Sequence record: DRR723986_9449
Length of the DNA: 64,000 bases
Reading direction: 5' to 3' (one strand)
This document shows, one piece after another, positions 9,227 through 18,300 of the stretch. The notes under the pieces were generated by a model. It worked only from the letters and a program-made list of their open reading frames with translations, was not told the origin of the DNA and did not search any database. Each line of letters begins with the position of its first letter. Within the stretch, counting starts at the first letter, position 1. The position numbers were made by a program, and so were the translations under genes.

Positions 9227-10273
9227 ATGAAAAGACGAGCATTCTTAAGAGCAGCAGCAGCGACAGCCGCCGTATCAACCCTACCGCTACTGGCACGCGC
9301 AAAAACTGCGTCGGCGCAGCAATCCGCCAGAAAGCCCGCAGCGTTAAACCCCGGTGACGAAGTGCGGCTTGTCGCACCGGCAGGCGCGCTGTTCCGGAAA
9401 GTTCGGCTGGAAATTGCCTTTGAAAATATGATCGGCCTTGGCTTAAAGCCAACGGCTGGCAACCACGCACTGGACCGCCATGGCTATTTTGCTGGCACTG
9501 ACGAAGACCGCGCCGCAGACCTTATGGCCGCCTTCAAAGACCCCAATGTTAAAGCCATTTTCGCGCTTTCAGGTGGCTGGGGGGCGGCCCGCCTGCTGCC
9601 GTTATTGGATTTCGACATTATCAGAGCAAACCCCAAGATTATCATTGGATACAGCGACATCACCGCCCTATTGTGCAGCATTTATGCCCGTACCGGCATG
9701 ACCACATTTCACGGCCCCAACGGCACATCCCGCTGGCGACCTGCAGTTGTGAACATGGCCAAACAAATATTGTTCGAGGGCAAAAGCCCCACCGTCAAAA
9801 ACCCGGTACCTGACTATGACACACTGGCACAGCATAGCGGGCGTGTGCAAACGGTGGTGCCTGGCACGGCAGAAGGCGCTTTGGTGGGCGGCAACCTGAC
9901 AGTTTTAACCGCACTGGCTGGGTCGCCCTATATGCCCGACATGACCGGAAAAATATTGTTTCTGGAAGACGTGGGCGAGGCCATCTACCGCGTTGACCGC
10001 ATGCTTTCCACGCTGCAACTCTCCGGCGCACTTGACGCAGTGAGCGGCATTGTCTTTGGTGGCTTTACCGATGTGGGCAATGATGGTGCCGGGTATGGCG
10101 CCTTTGCCTTGATGGATATTTTTGAGCATTACGGCAAGCTTGCCAATGTGCCAACTTTTTACGGCGCGCCTTTTGGCCATATCGCTGGCAACGGCATTAT
10201 GCCGATCGGCACCCGCGCGCGCATTAATGCCGTCGACGGCACAATCAAATTGCTGGAACCGTCAGTTGCATAA
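9227..10273 (+). CDS. LD-carboxypeptidase (peptidase S66) with Tat signal peptide
   Basis: AAGGAGG RBS and KRRAFL twin-arginine motif. Catalytic motifs GYSDIT, GGNL, FLEDVGE, FGH. Confidence 0.92.
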   Translation: MKRRAFLRAAAATAAVSTLPLLARAKTASAQQSARKPAALNPGDEVRLVAPAGALFRKVRLEIAFENMIGLGLKPTAGNHALDRHGYFAGTDEDRAADLMAAFKDPNVKAIFALSGGWGAARLLPLLDFDIIRANPKIIIGYSDITALLCSIYARTGMTTFHGPNGTSRWRPAVVNMAKQILFEGKSPTVKNPVPDYDTLAQHSGRVQTVVPGTAEGALVGGNLTVLTALAGSPYMPDMTGKILFLEDVGEAIYRVDRMLSTLQLSGALDAVSGIVFGGFTDVGNDGAGYGAFALMDIFEHYGKLANVPTFYGAPFGHIAGNGIMPIGTRARINAVDGTIKLLEPSVA

Positions 10274-10276
10274 ATC

Positions 10277-11170
10277 CTATAGTTCAATCTCTGGCATGGG
10301 ATGAATGTGCGGGTGCAGATGGTGGGCAAGCAGTTCAAGGCTGTCTACCAGTCGCGGGCCGGGCCTGCTGAACAAGGCATTGCCATCAAAAACAAAAACC
10401 CGGGTGCCCGCATCCTTAAAGTCGTCCAGTATCTGGTCAACACCTGCGTGCGTGAGTTCCAACCGCGTGCGGCCTTCTGAAAACCCGCAGCAAGCGATCA
10501 CCAAAACCTCTGGCTTCATTGCTTTAAGGCTGTCCCAGTCGCTGGTATATGACGGCGTGTCGAGGGTACCCATGATATCCTCGCCGCCTGCTAAGTCGAT
10601 CAGATCATGCATCCAATGCCCCGAAACAAATGGCGGATCTATCCAGTCCAGCACAATGGTTTTGGGCCGGTATTCAACACTTTTTCTTGTGCGTTCGGCC
10701 AAAGTATCTATACGAGATTGCAGAGTGCCGACAACATGCTCGGCTGTTTCCTCCATGCCAATTGCCTTGCCCAAATCACGCACTGTAAGAAGCACATCGC
10801 CTAGCGAGAAAGGTTCCATATTGACAATTTTAGGGCGACTGGGCAGCGCAGCAACTGCATCCTCCACATCGGCGCCTGAAACGGCGCACACGTCGCACAA
10901 AGCCTGCGTTACCACCACATCAGGGGCTATCTCGGCCAACAAGTCCGTATCAATGGCATAGAGCGCGGCACTTTCCTGCAGTTGTGTGCGCACCACCTCG
11001 TCGATCTCGCTGCTACTGGCTTCTTTGGGGACAACACAGCTGGTGACCACAGGCAGGCCTGCTATGTCTCGTGGGTGGTCACACCCATGGGATATTCCGA
11101 CAAGGCTGTCAGCGGCACCCAGCGCCGCTACAATTTCAGTAGCGCTGGGCAATAAGGATACAATCCTCAC
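10277..11170 (-). CDS. BtuF-like cobalamin-binding protein (class III SBP fold), no signal peptide
   Basis: RIVSLLPSATEIV, TQALCDVCAV and FSRPGPRLVDSLE. Last gene of the riboswitch operon; GTGA overlap with the upstream gene. Confidence 0.85.
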   Translation of the reverse strand: MRIVSLLPSATEIVAALGAADSLVGISHGCDHPRDIAGLPVVTSCVVPKEASSSEIDEVVRTQLQESAALYAIDTDLLAEIAPDVVVTQALCDVCAVSGADVEDAVAALPSRPKIVNMEPFSLGDVLLTVRDLGKAIGMEETAEHVVGTLQSRIDTLAERTRKSVEYRPKTIVLDWIDPPFVSGHWMHDLIDLAGGEDIMGTLDTPSYTSDWDSLKAMKPEVLVIACCGFSEGRTRLELTHAGVDQILDDFKDAGTRVFVFDGNALFSRPGPRLVDSLELLAHHLHPHIHPMPEIEL

Positions 11171-11673
11171 CGCTGTTGATCATTCAGATCAATTGCAGGG
11201 TACATTCGGCGAAATACCGCTTGGCCGCCAAACAAAAGCGCACAGTAGAAACTGTCGCCCAGCGCAGATATCCCCATAAACGGCAACCCGGCTATATAGC
11301 AGGCCAGCAACCCTTCTGCTGTTGGCGGATAGTAGCCTGCGGCCCATACAGCAAAGTTAGATACGAGGAAAAATACAACAGCGTTAACACCAACCGCGCC
11401 CAAAATTTGCACAGGGTTTTCATCATCACGGATGAAAAAACGCCCAATAAGCGGCGCTGCCGCAAAACCAAGATACACACCCGCCATTACCGTAAGGCTA
11501 TAAAAACCCGTGATCAGATCACTAACAAGCAAAGCCAGAACCGGCACAAGCCACGCTTGCCGTAAATTCATTTTGGTGCCGGCAAACAAACCAAACGCAC
11601 CAACCGGTGTAAGGTTCCAGGGGTGGGGCACAAGACGTGCCACCACCGCAAAAGCAACAAGGAATATTTTCAT
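11167..11673 (-). CDS. ECF S-component-like membrane protein (DUF6580-like), putative cobalamin transporter
   Basis: 168 aa, about 5-6 TM helices. Motifs RLVPHPWNLTPVGAFGLFAG, SD, FFLVSNF.VW, Y..T..GL..CY..GLPF. Confidence 0.75.
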   Translation of the reverse strand: MKIFLVAFAVVARLVPHPWNLTPVGAFGLFAGTKMNLRQAWLVPVLALLVSDLITGFYSLTVMAGVYLGFAAAPLIGRFFIRDDENPVQILGAVGVNAVVFFLVSNFAVWAAGYYPPTAEGLLACYIAGLPFMGISALGDSFYCALLFGGQAVFRRMYPAIDLNDQQR

Positions 11674-11685
11674 TTATATTCTCCG

Positions 11686-13602
11686 TTAAAAGTTTGCCCG
11701 GAAACCGGCGTAAGCACCGATGCCGGGTGTGGCAAAACCAAACAGATTTTCATACGTCTCATCGAGCAAATTTTCGACGCGGCCATAAAGGCTGATGGTT
11801 TCATTAACCCGGTAAGCGCCGCCAATGTTAACCAGCAAATAATCATCCAGCGTCACCGCCTGTGACGGCTCAGGGAACGGCGGGAAGAAAGTATCAACTG
11901 ACGTGCCTACATAATTAGCGTCCAGCGTTAGGCCAAGCCGCTCGCTGGGCCGGTAATCAACAAACAAAGACGCATTGTTTTTCGGACGGCGCAACTCGCG
12001 GGTAAAGCCACCCGTGCCGTCAGGCTCGCTAGCGTCCAAATAGGCGTAGTTAACCGTTACATCCAACTGGTCATTCACTTTAAAGGCTGCGGTCACCTCA
12101 AAACCATCGCGCTTGCTTTTGCCGTCGCGGTTTTCTGCCGTGAAGGCGAACGTGGCCGGATCAAAAGCAAAGCCATTGATCTCATTCTCTAGCCGCGCGG
12201 TGAAATAAGATGCATCAAATGTTAGCTTACCGTCCAACGCCACATGCGATACACCAAATTCATATTCCACCGAGCGTTCCGGTAGCAAGTTAGGGTTGCC
12301 GATAAAGCTGTCGGCGAAAAAGCCAAATCTTTCTATAAAAGTGGGCGCTTTTTGGCCGCTTGCCACGTTGCCGTATAGGCGTGTGCCCGTGCCAACAAAC
12401 TTGTAAACAATGCCGCCGCGCCAACTGGTCGAATTCTCAAACTGGTCGTTATCATCATAGCGCACGCTGCCCGTAACAGTGATAGCGTCGCTGAGCGCCC
12501 CCACATAGTCAGCCACATAGCCCGTTACACTGCCGCTCTGTTCCTGATTGGGATCACCGAACGGCGTTGCTGTACCGGCTTGAGAAAAATCAGTGTCTTC
12601 ATGGTCAATGGCCAGCGTTAGGCTGTGGCCTTCTGTTAGCTTGATGCGACTATCGGCGTAAAAGCCCCACCGTTCAGACGCGGTGGCTCCAGTGGGCGCC
12701 CCATCGGCCAGATTTGCAATTTCAGTGTCCAGGTAGGTTATCCGTGCGCTCTGCGTTACGATGCCGTCAAACAATGCAAACTCGGCACCAACTGACGCCA
12801 TAGTTTGTTTGTTATTGGTCACCCGGTCACTATCGCTGGGAAAGCCCGTTGTAAAATCTGTGCTATCAAATTCATTGCGCGTATCCGTATGGCGAAGAGA
12901 AAAAGATAAATTGCTCGTTTCTGTGGGTTTGTAGCCACCGGTTGCATTGACGGTGACAGCCCGAAAACCGTCCTTCTCATCGCCGACACGCGAAACATTC
13001 GTGCCTTCACTATCCGAATAGCTGGCACCAACGCGAAAGTTTGCTTTTTTAGTTGCCCCGCCAACGCTGCCGCCAAAGCGGTATGTACCAAAAGCACCCG
13101 CTTCGCCGTTAGTGCTTATGCTCAGGTCACCGCTGCCTTTTTTGGTGATGATGTTGATAACACCGGAAACCGCATCGCTGCCCCACACACTGGACAGCGG
13201 CCCTCGGATAATTTCAATGCGCTCAATTTCAGTTGTCGACAACAGTTCAAATTGCACTTCGTCGCCCGCGGCAGGGTCATTAATCTGAATACCGTCGATC
13301 AGCACGAGCGTTTGGTTGGCTTCGCCGCCGCGCAAACGCAACTGCGCCTGTCCGCCAACACTGCCAGCGCGCGCAATGGCGATGCCCGGCAATGTGTTTA
13401 ACAGGTCAGGCAGTGAGAAAGTTTGGCGCTTGGCGATATCTTCAGCGCTGATAATGGTCACCGAACTTGCAACATCAACAACGGAAAGCGGTGTTCGCGT
13501 TCCAGTTACTTCGATGGTTTCAATATCATCTGCAAATGCAGGCAATGACGTGACAGCCAACACAACAGCCGACACAGGAATACTAATAGATTTTTTGGTC
13601 AT
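11686..13602 (-). CDS. btuB: TonB-dependent cobalamin receptor
   Basis: Signal peptide, TonB box ETIEVTG, plug motifs LVLIDG and IERIEIIRGP..S.WGSDA..GVINIITK, C-terminal Phe. Lies directly downstream of a cobalamin riboswitch. Confidence 0.9.
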   Translation of the reverse strand: MTKKSISIPVSAVVLAVTSLPAFADDIETIEVTGTRTPLSVVDVASSVTIISAEDIAKRQTFSLPDLLNTLPGIAIARAGSVGGQAQLRLRGGEANQTLVLIDGIQINDPAAGDEVQFELLSTTEIERIEIIRGPLSSVWGSDAVSGVINIITKKGSGDLSISTNGEAGAFGTYRFGGSVGGATKKANFRVGASYSDSEGTNVSRVGDEKDGFRAVTVNATGGYKPTETSNLSFSLRHTDTRNEFDSTDFTTGFPSDSDRVTNNKQTMASVGAEFALFDGIVTQSARITYLDTEIANLADGAPTGATASERWGFYADSRIKLTEGHSLTLAIDHEDTDFSQAGTATPFGDPNQEQSGSVTGYVADYVGALSDAITVTGSVRYDDNDQFENSTSWRGGIVYKFVGTGTRLYGNVASGQKAPTFIERFGFFADSFIGNPNLLPERSVEYEFGVSHVALDGKLTFDASYFTARLENEINGFAFDPATFAFTAENRDGKSKRDGFEVTAAFKVNDQLDVTVNYAYLDASEPDGTGGFTRELRRPKNNASLFVDYRPSERLGLTLDANYVGTSVDTFFPPFPEPSQAVTLDDYLLVNIGGAYRVNETISLYGRVENLLDETYENLFGFATPGIGAYAGFRANF

Positions 13603-13767
13603 AAGACGATCCACACATAGGGAGGCACAGGTGCCTCATAATTAAAAAATATCTGTGTGGAAACGGCCTTCAGACGGAGAACCCCTGCACACAGCAACAC
13701 TCAAAAGCATCGCCGGTACGGAATACCCGCCCCAACAGGCTAACCCGGCCAAGGGATCGACGACCTG

Positions 13768-13950
13768 ATGGCAGGCTTCCTGACTTGCGGGTCAAAACCA
13801 GATGATCACGCCTTCCCGAACATCCTAAATAGATACTCAGTGGCATATGTGATCAAGGCTCGCCGCATACAGTTGCGGGTACAGTCATGGCTTTGGCTTG
13901 TCAGCCGCACCATGTTTCCTCTTAGCCCCATAAGGGCACCATCAATTAAA
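13768..13950 (-). ncRNA. Cobalamin (AdoCbl) riboswitch
   Basis: Minus strand reads GATGGTGCCC...GGGCTAAGAGGAAACATGGTG...CTGTACCCGCAACTGT...GCCACTG...CGGGAAGGC...AGTCAGGAAGCCTGCC (B12 box), upstream of btuB. Confidence 0.93.
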
Positions 13951-13963
13951 GGCTATAGACGAG

Positions 13964-14000
13964 AAAAAACCGCCCGGCAAGTGACTGCAAGGCGGTTTTC
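13964..14000 (-). terminator. Intrinsic terminator of gor
   Basis: Minus strand GAAAACCGCC...GGCGGTTTTTT hairpin with U tract, about 45 bp after the gor stop. Confidence 0.65.
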
Positions 14001-14046
14001 AAAAATTTACGGCGTGTGATGGGCCAGAATTAATTCCAGGATGAAT

Positions 14047-15399
14047 TCAAGATCTGGGGTTTCGCATCAACACAAATTCTTCTGCACTGGACGGATGGAC
14101 AGCAACAGTTTGGTCAAACTGCGCCTTGGTCAGCCCGGCTTTAACTGCAATGCCAATGCCCTGAATAATTTCAGCGGAATCAAGCCCAAGCATATGCGCA
14201 CCAACAACTTTGTCTGTTGCTTTATCAACAATCAATTTAGTAAAGGCACGCTCGTCAGAGCCACCAAGAGTATGCTTCATGGGTTTGAAATCAGAGGTAT
14301 AAACCTCAATCTCGCCGTATTGTTCGCGCGCTTGTTCCTCAGAAACACCAACCGTGCCAATGGGCGGTTGCGAAAATACAGCGGTTGGAATGGCGTCATG
14401 CTCGGGCGAAGTAGGCGTGTCATTGTATACCGTCAGCGCAAAAGCATGGCCTTCCTTAATGGCCACAGGCGTTAGGGCCACCCGGTCGGTCACGTCACCC
14501 ACCGCATAAATGCTGTCCACGTTTGTTTTACTAAATTCATCAACGATAACCGCACCTTTTTCATCGAGCGCCACACCGGCTTTTTCCAAGCCAAGGCCTA
14601 CTGTGTTGGGCGCCCGACCAGTGGCATACATTACCGCATCTGCTTCTAGTGTGCTGCCGTCTGTCAGCGTCAGCTTTACGCCATCGTCGGTTTTCTCTAT
14701 GGCGGTAATATTGGTGTTGGTGCGTACATCGATGCCCTTTTTAGTCATCTCTTCATTCAATTTGTCGCGCACTTCATTGTCAAAACCTCTTAGTATCTGC
14801 TCGCTGCGATAAAGCTGCGTCACCTTAGAGCCCATGCCGTTGAAAATGCCGGCAAACTCAACCGCGATATAGCCACCACCAACGATAACTACGCTTTTCG
14901 GCAGGCTATCCAGATGCAACGCCTCATTGGAAGTAATTGCATGCTCTATGCCTGGCACAGTAGGCATGGTGGGCCAACCGCCCGTGGCAACCAAAATGGT
15001 TTTGGCGGTGATAACCTTGTCGCCGACCCGAACACTGTTGGGGCCTTCCACCGTTGCACGACCATTGATTATCTCAACGCCTGCACCTTCCAAGTTTTTG
15101 ATGTAAAGGCCGTTAAGGCGGTCGATTTCTTTATCTTTGCGGGCAATAAGCGTTTCCCAACTGAACGCGCTTTCACCAACATCCCAGCCGTAGCCGCGCG
15201 CGCTTTCAAAGTCTTCGCCAAAATGAGAAGCATATACGAGCAGCTTTTTCGGTACACACCCGCGAATTACGCAAGTGCCGCCCACACGAAATTCTTCCGC
15301 TACCGCAACTTTTGCACCAAAGCCTGAAGCGATGCGGCTGGCACGAACGCCGCCAGAGCCAGCACCAATAACAAACAGGTCGTAATCATAGTCCATCAT
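14047..15399 (-). CDS. gor: Glutathione-disulfide reductase
   Basis: GAGSGG, redox motif GGTCVIRGCVPKK, GGGYIAVEFAG, C-terminal HPSSAEE; GGAGA RBS. Confidence 0.96.
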   Translation of the reverse strand: MMDYDYDLFVIGAGSGGVRASRIASGFGAKVAVAEEFRVGGTCVIRGCVPKKLLVYASHFGEDFESARGYGWDVGESAFSWETLIARKDKEIDRLNGLYIKNLEGAGVEIINGRATVEGPNSVRVGDKVITAKTILVATGGWPTMPTVPGIEHAITSNEALHLDSLPKSVVIVGGGYIAVEFAGIFNGMGSKVTQLYRSEQILRGFDNEVRDKLNEEMTKKGIDVRTNTNITAIEKTDDGVKLTLTDGSTLEADAVMYATGRAPNTVGLGLEKAGVALDEKGAVIVDEFSKTNVDSIYAVGDVTDRVALTPVAIKEGHAFALTVYNDTPTSPEHDAIPTAVFSQPPIGTVGVSEEQAREQYGEIEVYTSDFKPMKHTLGGSDERAFTKLIVDKATDKVVGAHMLGLDSAEIIQGIGIAVKAGLTKAQFDQTVAVHPSSAEEFVLMRNPRS

Positions 15400-15669
15400 G
15401 TCTCTCCAGGTATTTGCATAAAGCAAGGCCTTGCCGCCTCTGTCCCGAGACAGCCATATGGTGCTTGTCAGCGGATTGCCAAGCTTTATCAGCCATTAGC
15501 CGCCATCACAATATTATGATCACACCCTATGCGGGTTATTTCCGATTGGCCTCATAGAGGCATTCGATAATGCAAATAGTCGCGGGGGGCACATTGTTCC
15601 TTGCAGCCCTCAACTACCATCGCTTATGGTCGCGCAAATTCATATATTTGATTCCACCGGAGATACATC

Positions 15670-16440
15670 ATGGACATTAAGGGCAAAACTATATTGGTGA
15701 CAGGCGGCGCATCTGGCCTTGGCCGCGCGACGGTAACCGCATTCGTTGAAAAGGGCGCGAGCGCCATCATCGTTGATGTGAACGACGATATGGGTTTCGC
15801 CCTTGAGAAAGAACTGGGCGATGCGGCGGCTTATGTTCGCACCGATGTTACCAGCGAAACAGACGTGAAAGCAGCTGTTGATGTTGCCCTGTCCAAATTT
15901 GGCAGCCTTGATGTTGCGGTTAACTGTGCTGGCATCGGTAACCCCGAGAAAGTTTTGGACCGCGAAGGCAACCGGCACTCCATGGACCATTTCCGCCGTG
16001 TCATCGGGGTTAACCTGATCGGTAGTTTCAACATGCTGGCTGAAGCCGCGCAAGCCATGGCAAAAAACGAACCGGGCGTGGACGGCGAGCGCGGTGTTAT
16101 CATCAACACCGCCTCGGTTGCAGCTTTTGAAGGCCAAATTGGCCAAGCAGCTTATGCGGCATCCAAGGGCGGCATCGTTGGCATGACCTTGCCCACCGCC
16201 CGCGAATTTGCCCGGCAGGGTATCAGAGTGATGACCATCGCGCCGGGCTTCATTCACACACCGCTGTTTGATGGCTTGCCCGAAGCGGCGGTTGAAAGCC
16301 TGACCCAGCAAGTTGTCTTCCCCAAGCGCCTAGGCATGCCGCAAGAATATGCCAAGCTGGCTGGCCATATCGTTGAAAACGCCTATCTTAACGGTGAGAC
16401 AATCCGCATGGACGCCGCCGCACGCATGGCGCCGAAGTAA
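15670..16440 (+). CDS. SDR 3-hydroxyacyl-CoA dehydrogenase type II (HSD17B10-like)
   Basis: TGGASGLG, NCAGI, ERGVIINTASVAAFEGQIGQAAYAASKGG, LNGETIR. Confidence 0.92.
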   Translation: MDIKGKTILVTGGASGLGRATVTAFVEKGASAIIVDVNDDMGFALEKELGDAAAYVRTDVTSETDVKAAVDVALSKFGSLDVAVNCAGIGNPEKVLDREGNRHSMDHFRRVIGVNLIGSFNMLAEAAQAMAKNEPGVDGERGVIINTASVAAFEGQIGQAAYAASKGGIVGMTLPTAREFARQGIRVMTIAPGFIHTPLFDGLPEAAVESLTQQVVFPKRLGMPQEYAKLAGHIVENAYLNGETIRMDAAARMAPK

Positions 16441-16462
16441 ATAAGGCAATAGAGGAATAAGC

Positions 16463-17551
16463 TTGGGACCACTATCCGGATACCGTATTGTTGAGGTTGT
16501 GGGCATTGGCCCCGGCCCTTTTGCTGGCATGATGTTCGCCGATATGGGTGCTGAGGTAATAGCGGTAGACCGGCCCGGCGCTGGCGGTACTAGCCTTCCG
16601 GTTGATATTAACCGGCGCGGCAAACGCTCTATTGAGCTGGACCTCAAGTCCCAAGACGGCAAAGCAACATTTCTGAAACTCTGCAAAACTGCGGACGCCT
16701 TGTTTGAAGGCTTCCGCCCGGGTGTGATGGAAAAGCTGGGCCTTGGCCCCGATGAGGTAGCCGCAGTGAACCCAAAACTGGTTTACGGCCGCATGACCGG
16801 TTGGGGCCAGACAGGGCCGCTTGCCAACACCGCAGGCCATGACATCAACTATATTGCACTGTCTGGCGCGCTGCACGCTGTTGGCCCCGCGGACGGCCCG
16901 CCCACTGTACCCTTGAACCTGATGGCGGATTACGGAGGCGGCGGCATGATGCTAGCCTTTGGATTGGTATGTGCGCTTTTAGAAGCGCAGAAATCGGGCA
17001 AAGGCCAAACCGTTGATGTGAGTATGGTTGAAGGGTCTTCAACGCTGATGTCGCTGTTTCATTCATTAATGGCAAGCGGCATGTGGGCACCAAAACGCGG
17101 CGTTAACATGCTGGATGGTGGTGCGCATTTTTACGGTACATTTGAAACAGCAGACGGGGAGTTTGTAAGCCTCGGCGCAATAGAACCGCAGTTCATGCAT
17201 GTGTTCATTGAGAAAACCGGGCTGGATGCAACCTGGATGCAAAATCACATAAACCCCGCTGAATGGCCGCGTCTTAAAAGTGAGCTAGCAACCCTGTTCA
17301 AAACAAAAACAACTGCTGAGTGGCAAAAGTTGCTAGCGGGTACAGACGCCTGTTTTGCGCCTATTATACCCTTTTGGGAAGCGCACAAGCATCCGCACAA
17401 TGATGCACGAGAAAGTTTCGTAGAAATAGACGGGCTTATGCAGCCAGCGCCAACGCCTAAATTCTCCCGTACTAAACCCACCGTTAAAAGCGGCCCGCCT
17501 AAAAAAGGCGCAGATACCGAGGCAATATTGAACGAACTAGGTCTAACTTAA
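16463..17551 (+). CDS. CaiB/BaiF family III CoA-transferase, alpha-methylacyl-CoA racemase-like
   Basis: GPLSG, GIGPGPF, EGFRPGVMEKLGLGP, GHDINY, NLMADYGGGG, GAIEPQF. Confidence 0.92.
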   Translation: MGPLSGYRIVEVVGIGPGPFAGMMFADMGAEVIAVDRPGAGGTSLPVDINRRGKRSIELDLKSQDGKATFLKLCKTADALFEGFRPGVMEKLGLGPDEVAAVNPKLVYGRMTGWGQTGPLANTAGHDINYIALSGALHAVGPADGPPTVPLNLMADYGGGGMMLAFGLVCALLEAQKSGKGQTVDVSMVEGSSTLMSLFHSLMASGMWAPKRGVNMLDGGAHFYGTFETADGEFVSLGAIEPQFMHVFIEKTGLDATWMQNHINPAEWPRLKSELATLFKTKTTAEWQKLLAGTDACFAPIIPFWEAHKHPHNDARESFVEIDGLMQPAPTPKFSRTKPTVKSGPPKKGADTEAILNELGLT

Positions 17552-17564
17552 GCCAGTTATTTTA

Positions 17565-18206
17565 TTATGCTGGCGCAGCCGGCACATCGGTTGACGATGC
17601 TTCTGACTCATTTGGGGGCAAATCAGTTTCAGAGGGAATATTTAAGAAACTATCATATTGATCAACCACCTGTTCGGCCAAGCTATTGGCTATTTGAAAA
17701 TGGAAATATAGCTTCTGTAATGCGACGCGGTTGGTGTCTTCAATTTGGGCGTCTACGACCAAATCACCGAAACGCTGAAAGAAAAACCTAACATAATTGG
17801 CATAATAGTCTTGGGTTTCATATATAGCCGCGAGCCGGGAAACTGTGTCCACCGGCATAGTAGATGTCGCCATGGTCACCTGAGCAGCTTGCCATGCTGC
17901 ATTAATTGTCGACCCACCTGAAATTTCAAGAAAAGGGGCAATCCGCTGCAAACTGAGGTCTTGATCATTAAGCGCGACTTGCAATCCTGCCATCCGCTCC
18001 TGATTGTTGGCTATAGCTTCGATTAATTGAGCTCTATTTTCCGTCACCTCGACGGTAATGCGCTCAATATAGTCGTCCGCCCTTTCCTGACGCTCGACAT
18101 CTTCGCGCCAACCTTCCAGCCAAAGTGCTAGTAAAACGGCAAACACAATGCCCGCAACTTCAATCCCGGCCTTGCCCCAACGAGCAACGAATGTTTCGTT
18201 AGCCAT
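17565..18206 (-). CDS. Hypothetical membrane-anchored helical protein (DUF6090-like N-terminus)
   Basis: E..GIVFAVLLALWLEGWRE anchor followed by a coiled coil; GGGGGA RBS. Confidence 0.7.
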   Translation of the reverse strand: MANETFVARWGKAGIEVAGIVFAVLLALWLEGWREDVERQERADDYIERITVEVTENRAQLIEAIANNQERMAGLQVALNDQDLSLQRIAPFLEISGGSTINAAWQAAQVTMATSTMPVDTVSRLAAIYETQDYYANYVRFFFQRFGDLVVDAQIEDTNRVALQKLYFHFQIANSLAEQVVDQYDSFLNIPSETDLPPNESEASSTDVPAAPA

Positions 18207-18300
18207 GTCTGTCCCCCATTAAAGGTCCCACTTTATTGCAAGTAAGCGGTATTCACCCGTTTTTCAATGGTGCTGGGATCAAGGGAGGGTAATAAGAAAG

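Noticed and set aside
13768-14019. 83-aa plus-strand ORF upstream of btuB
   Set aside because: It lies antisense to the cobalamin riboswitch, which explains the sequence.
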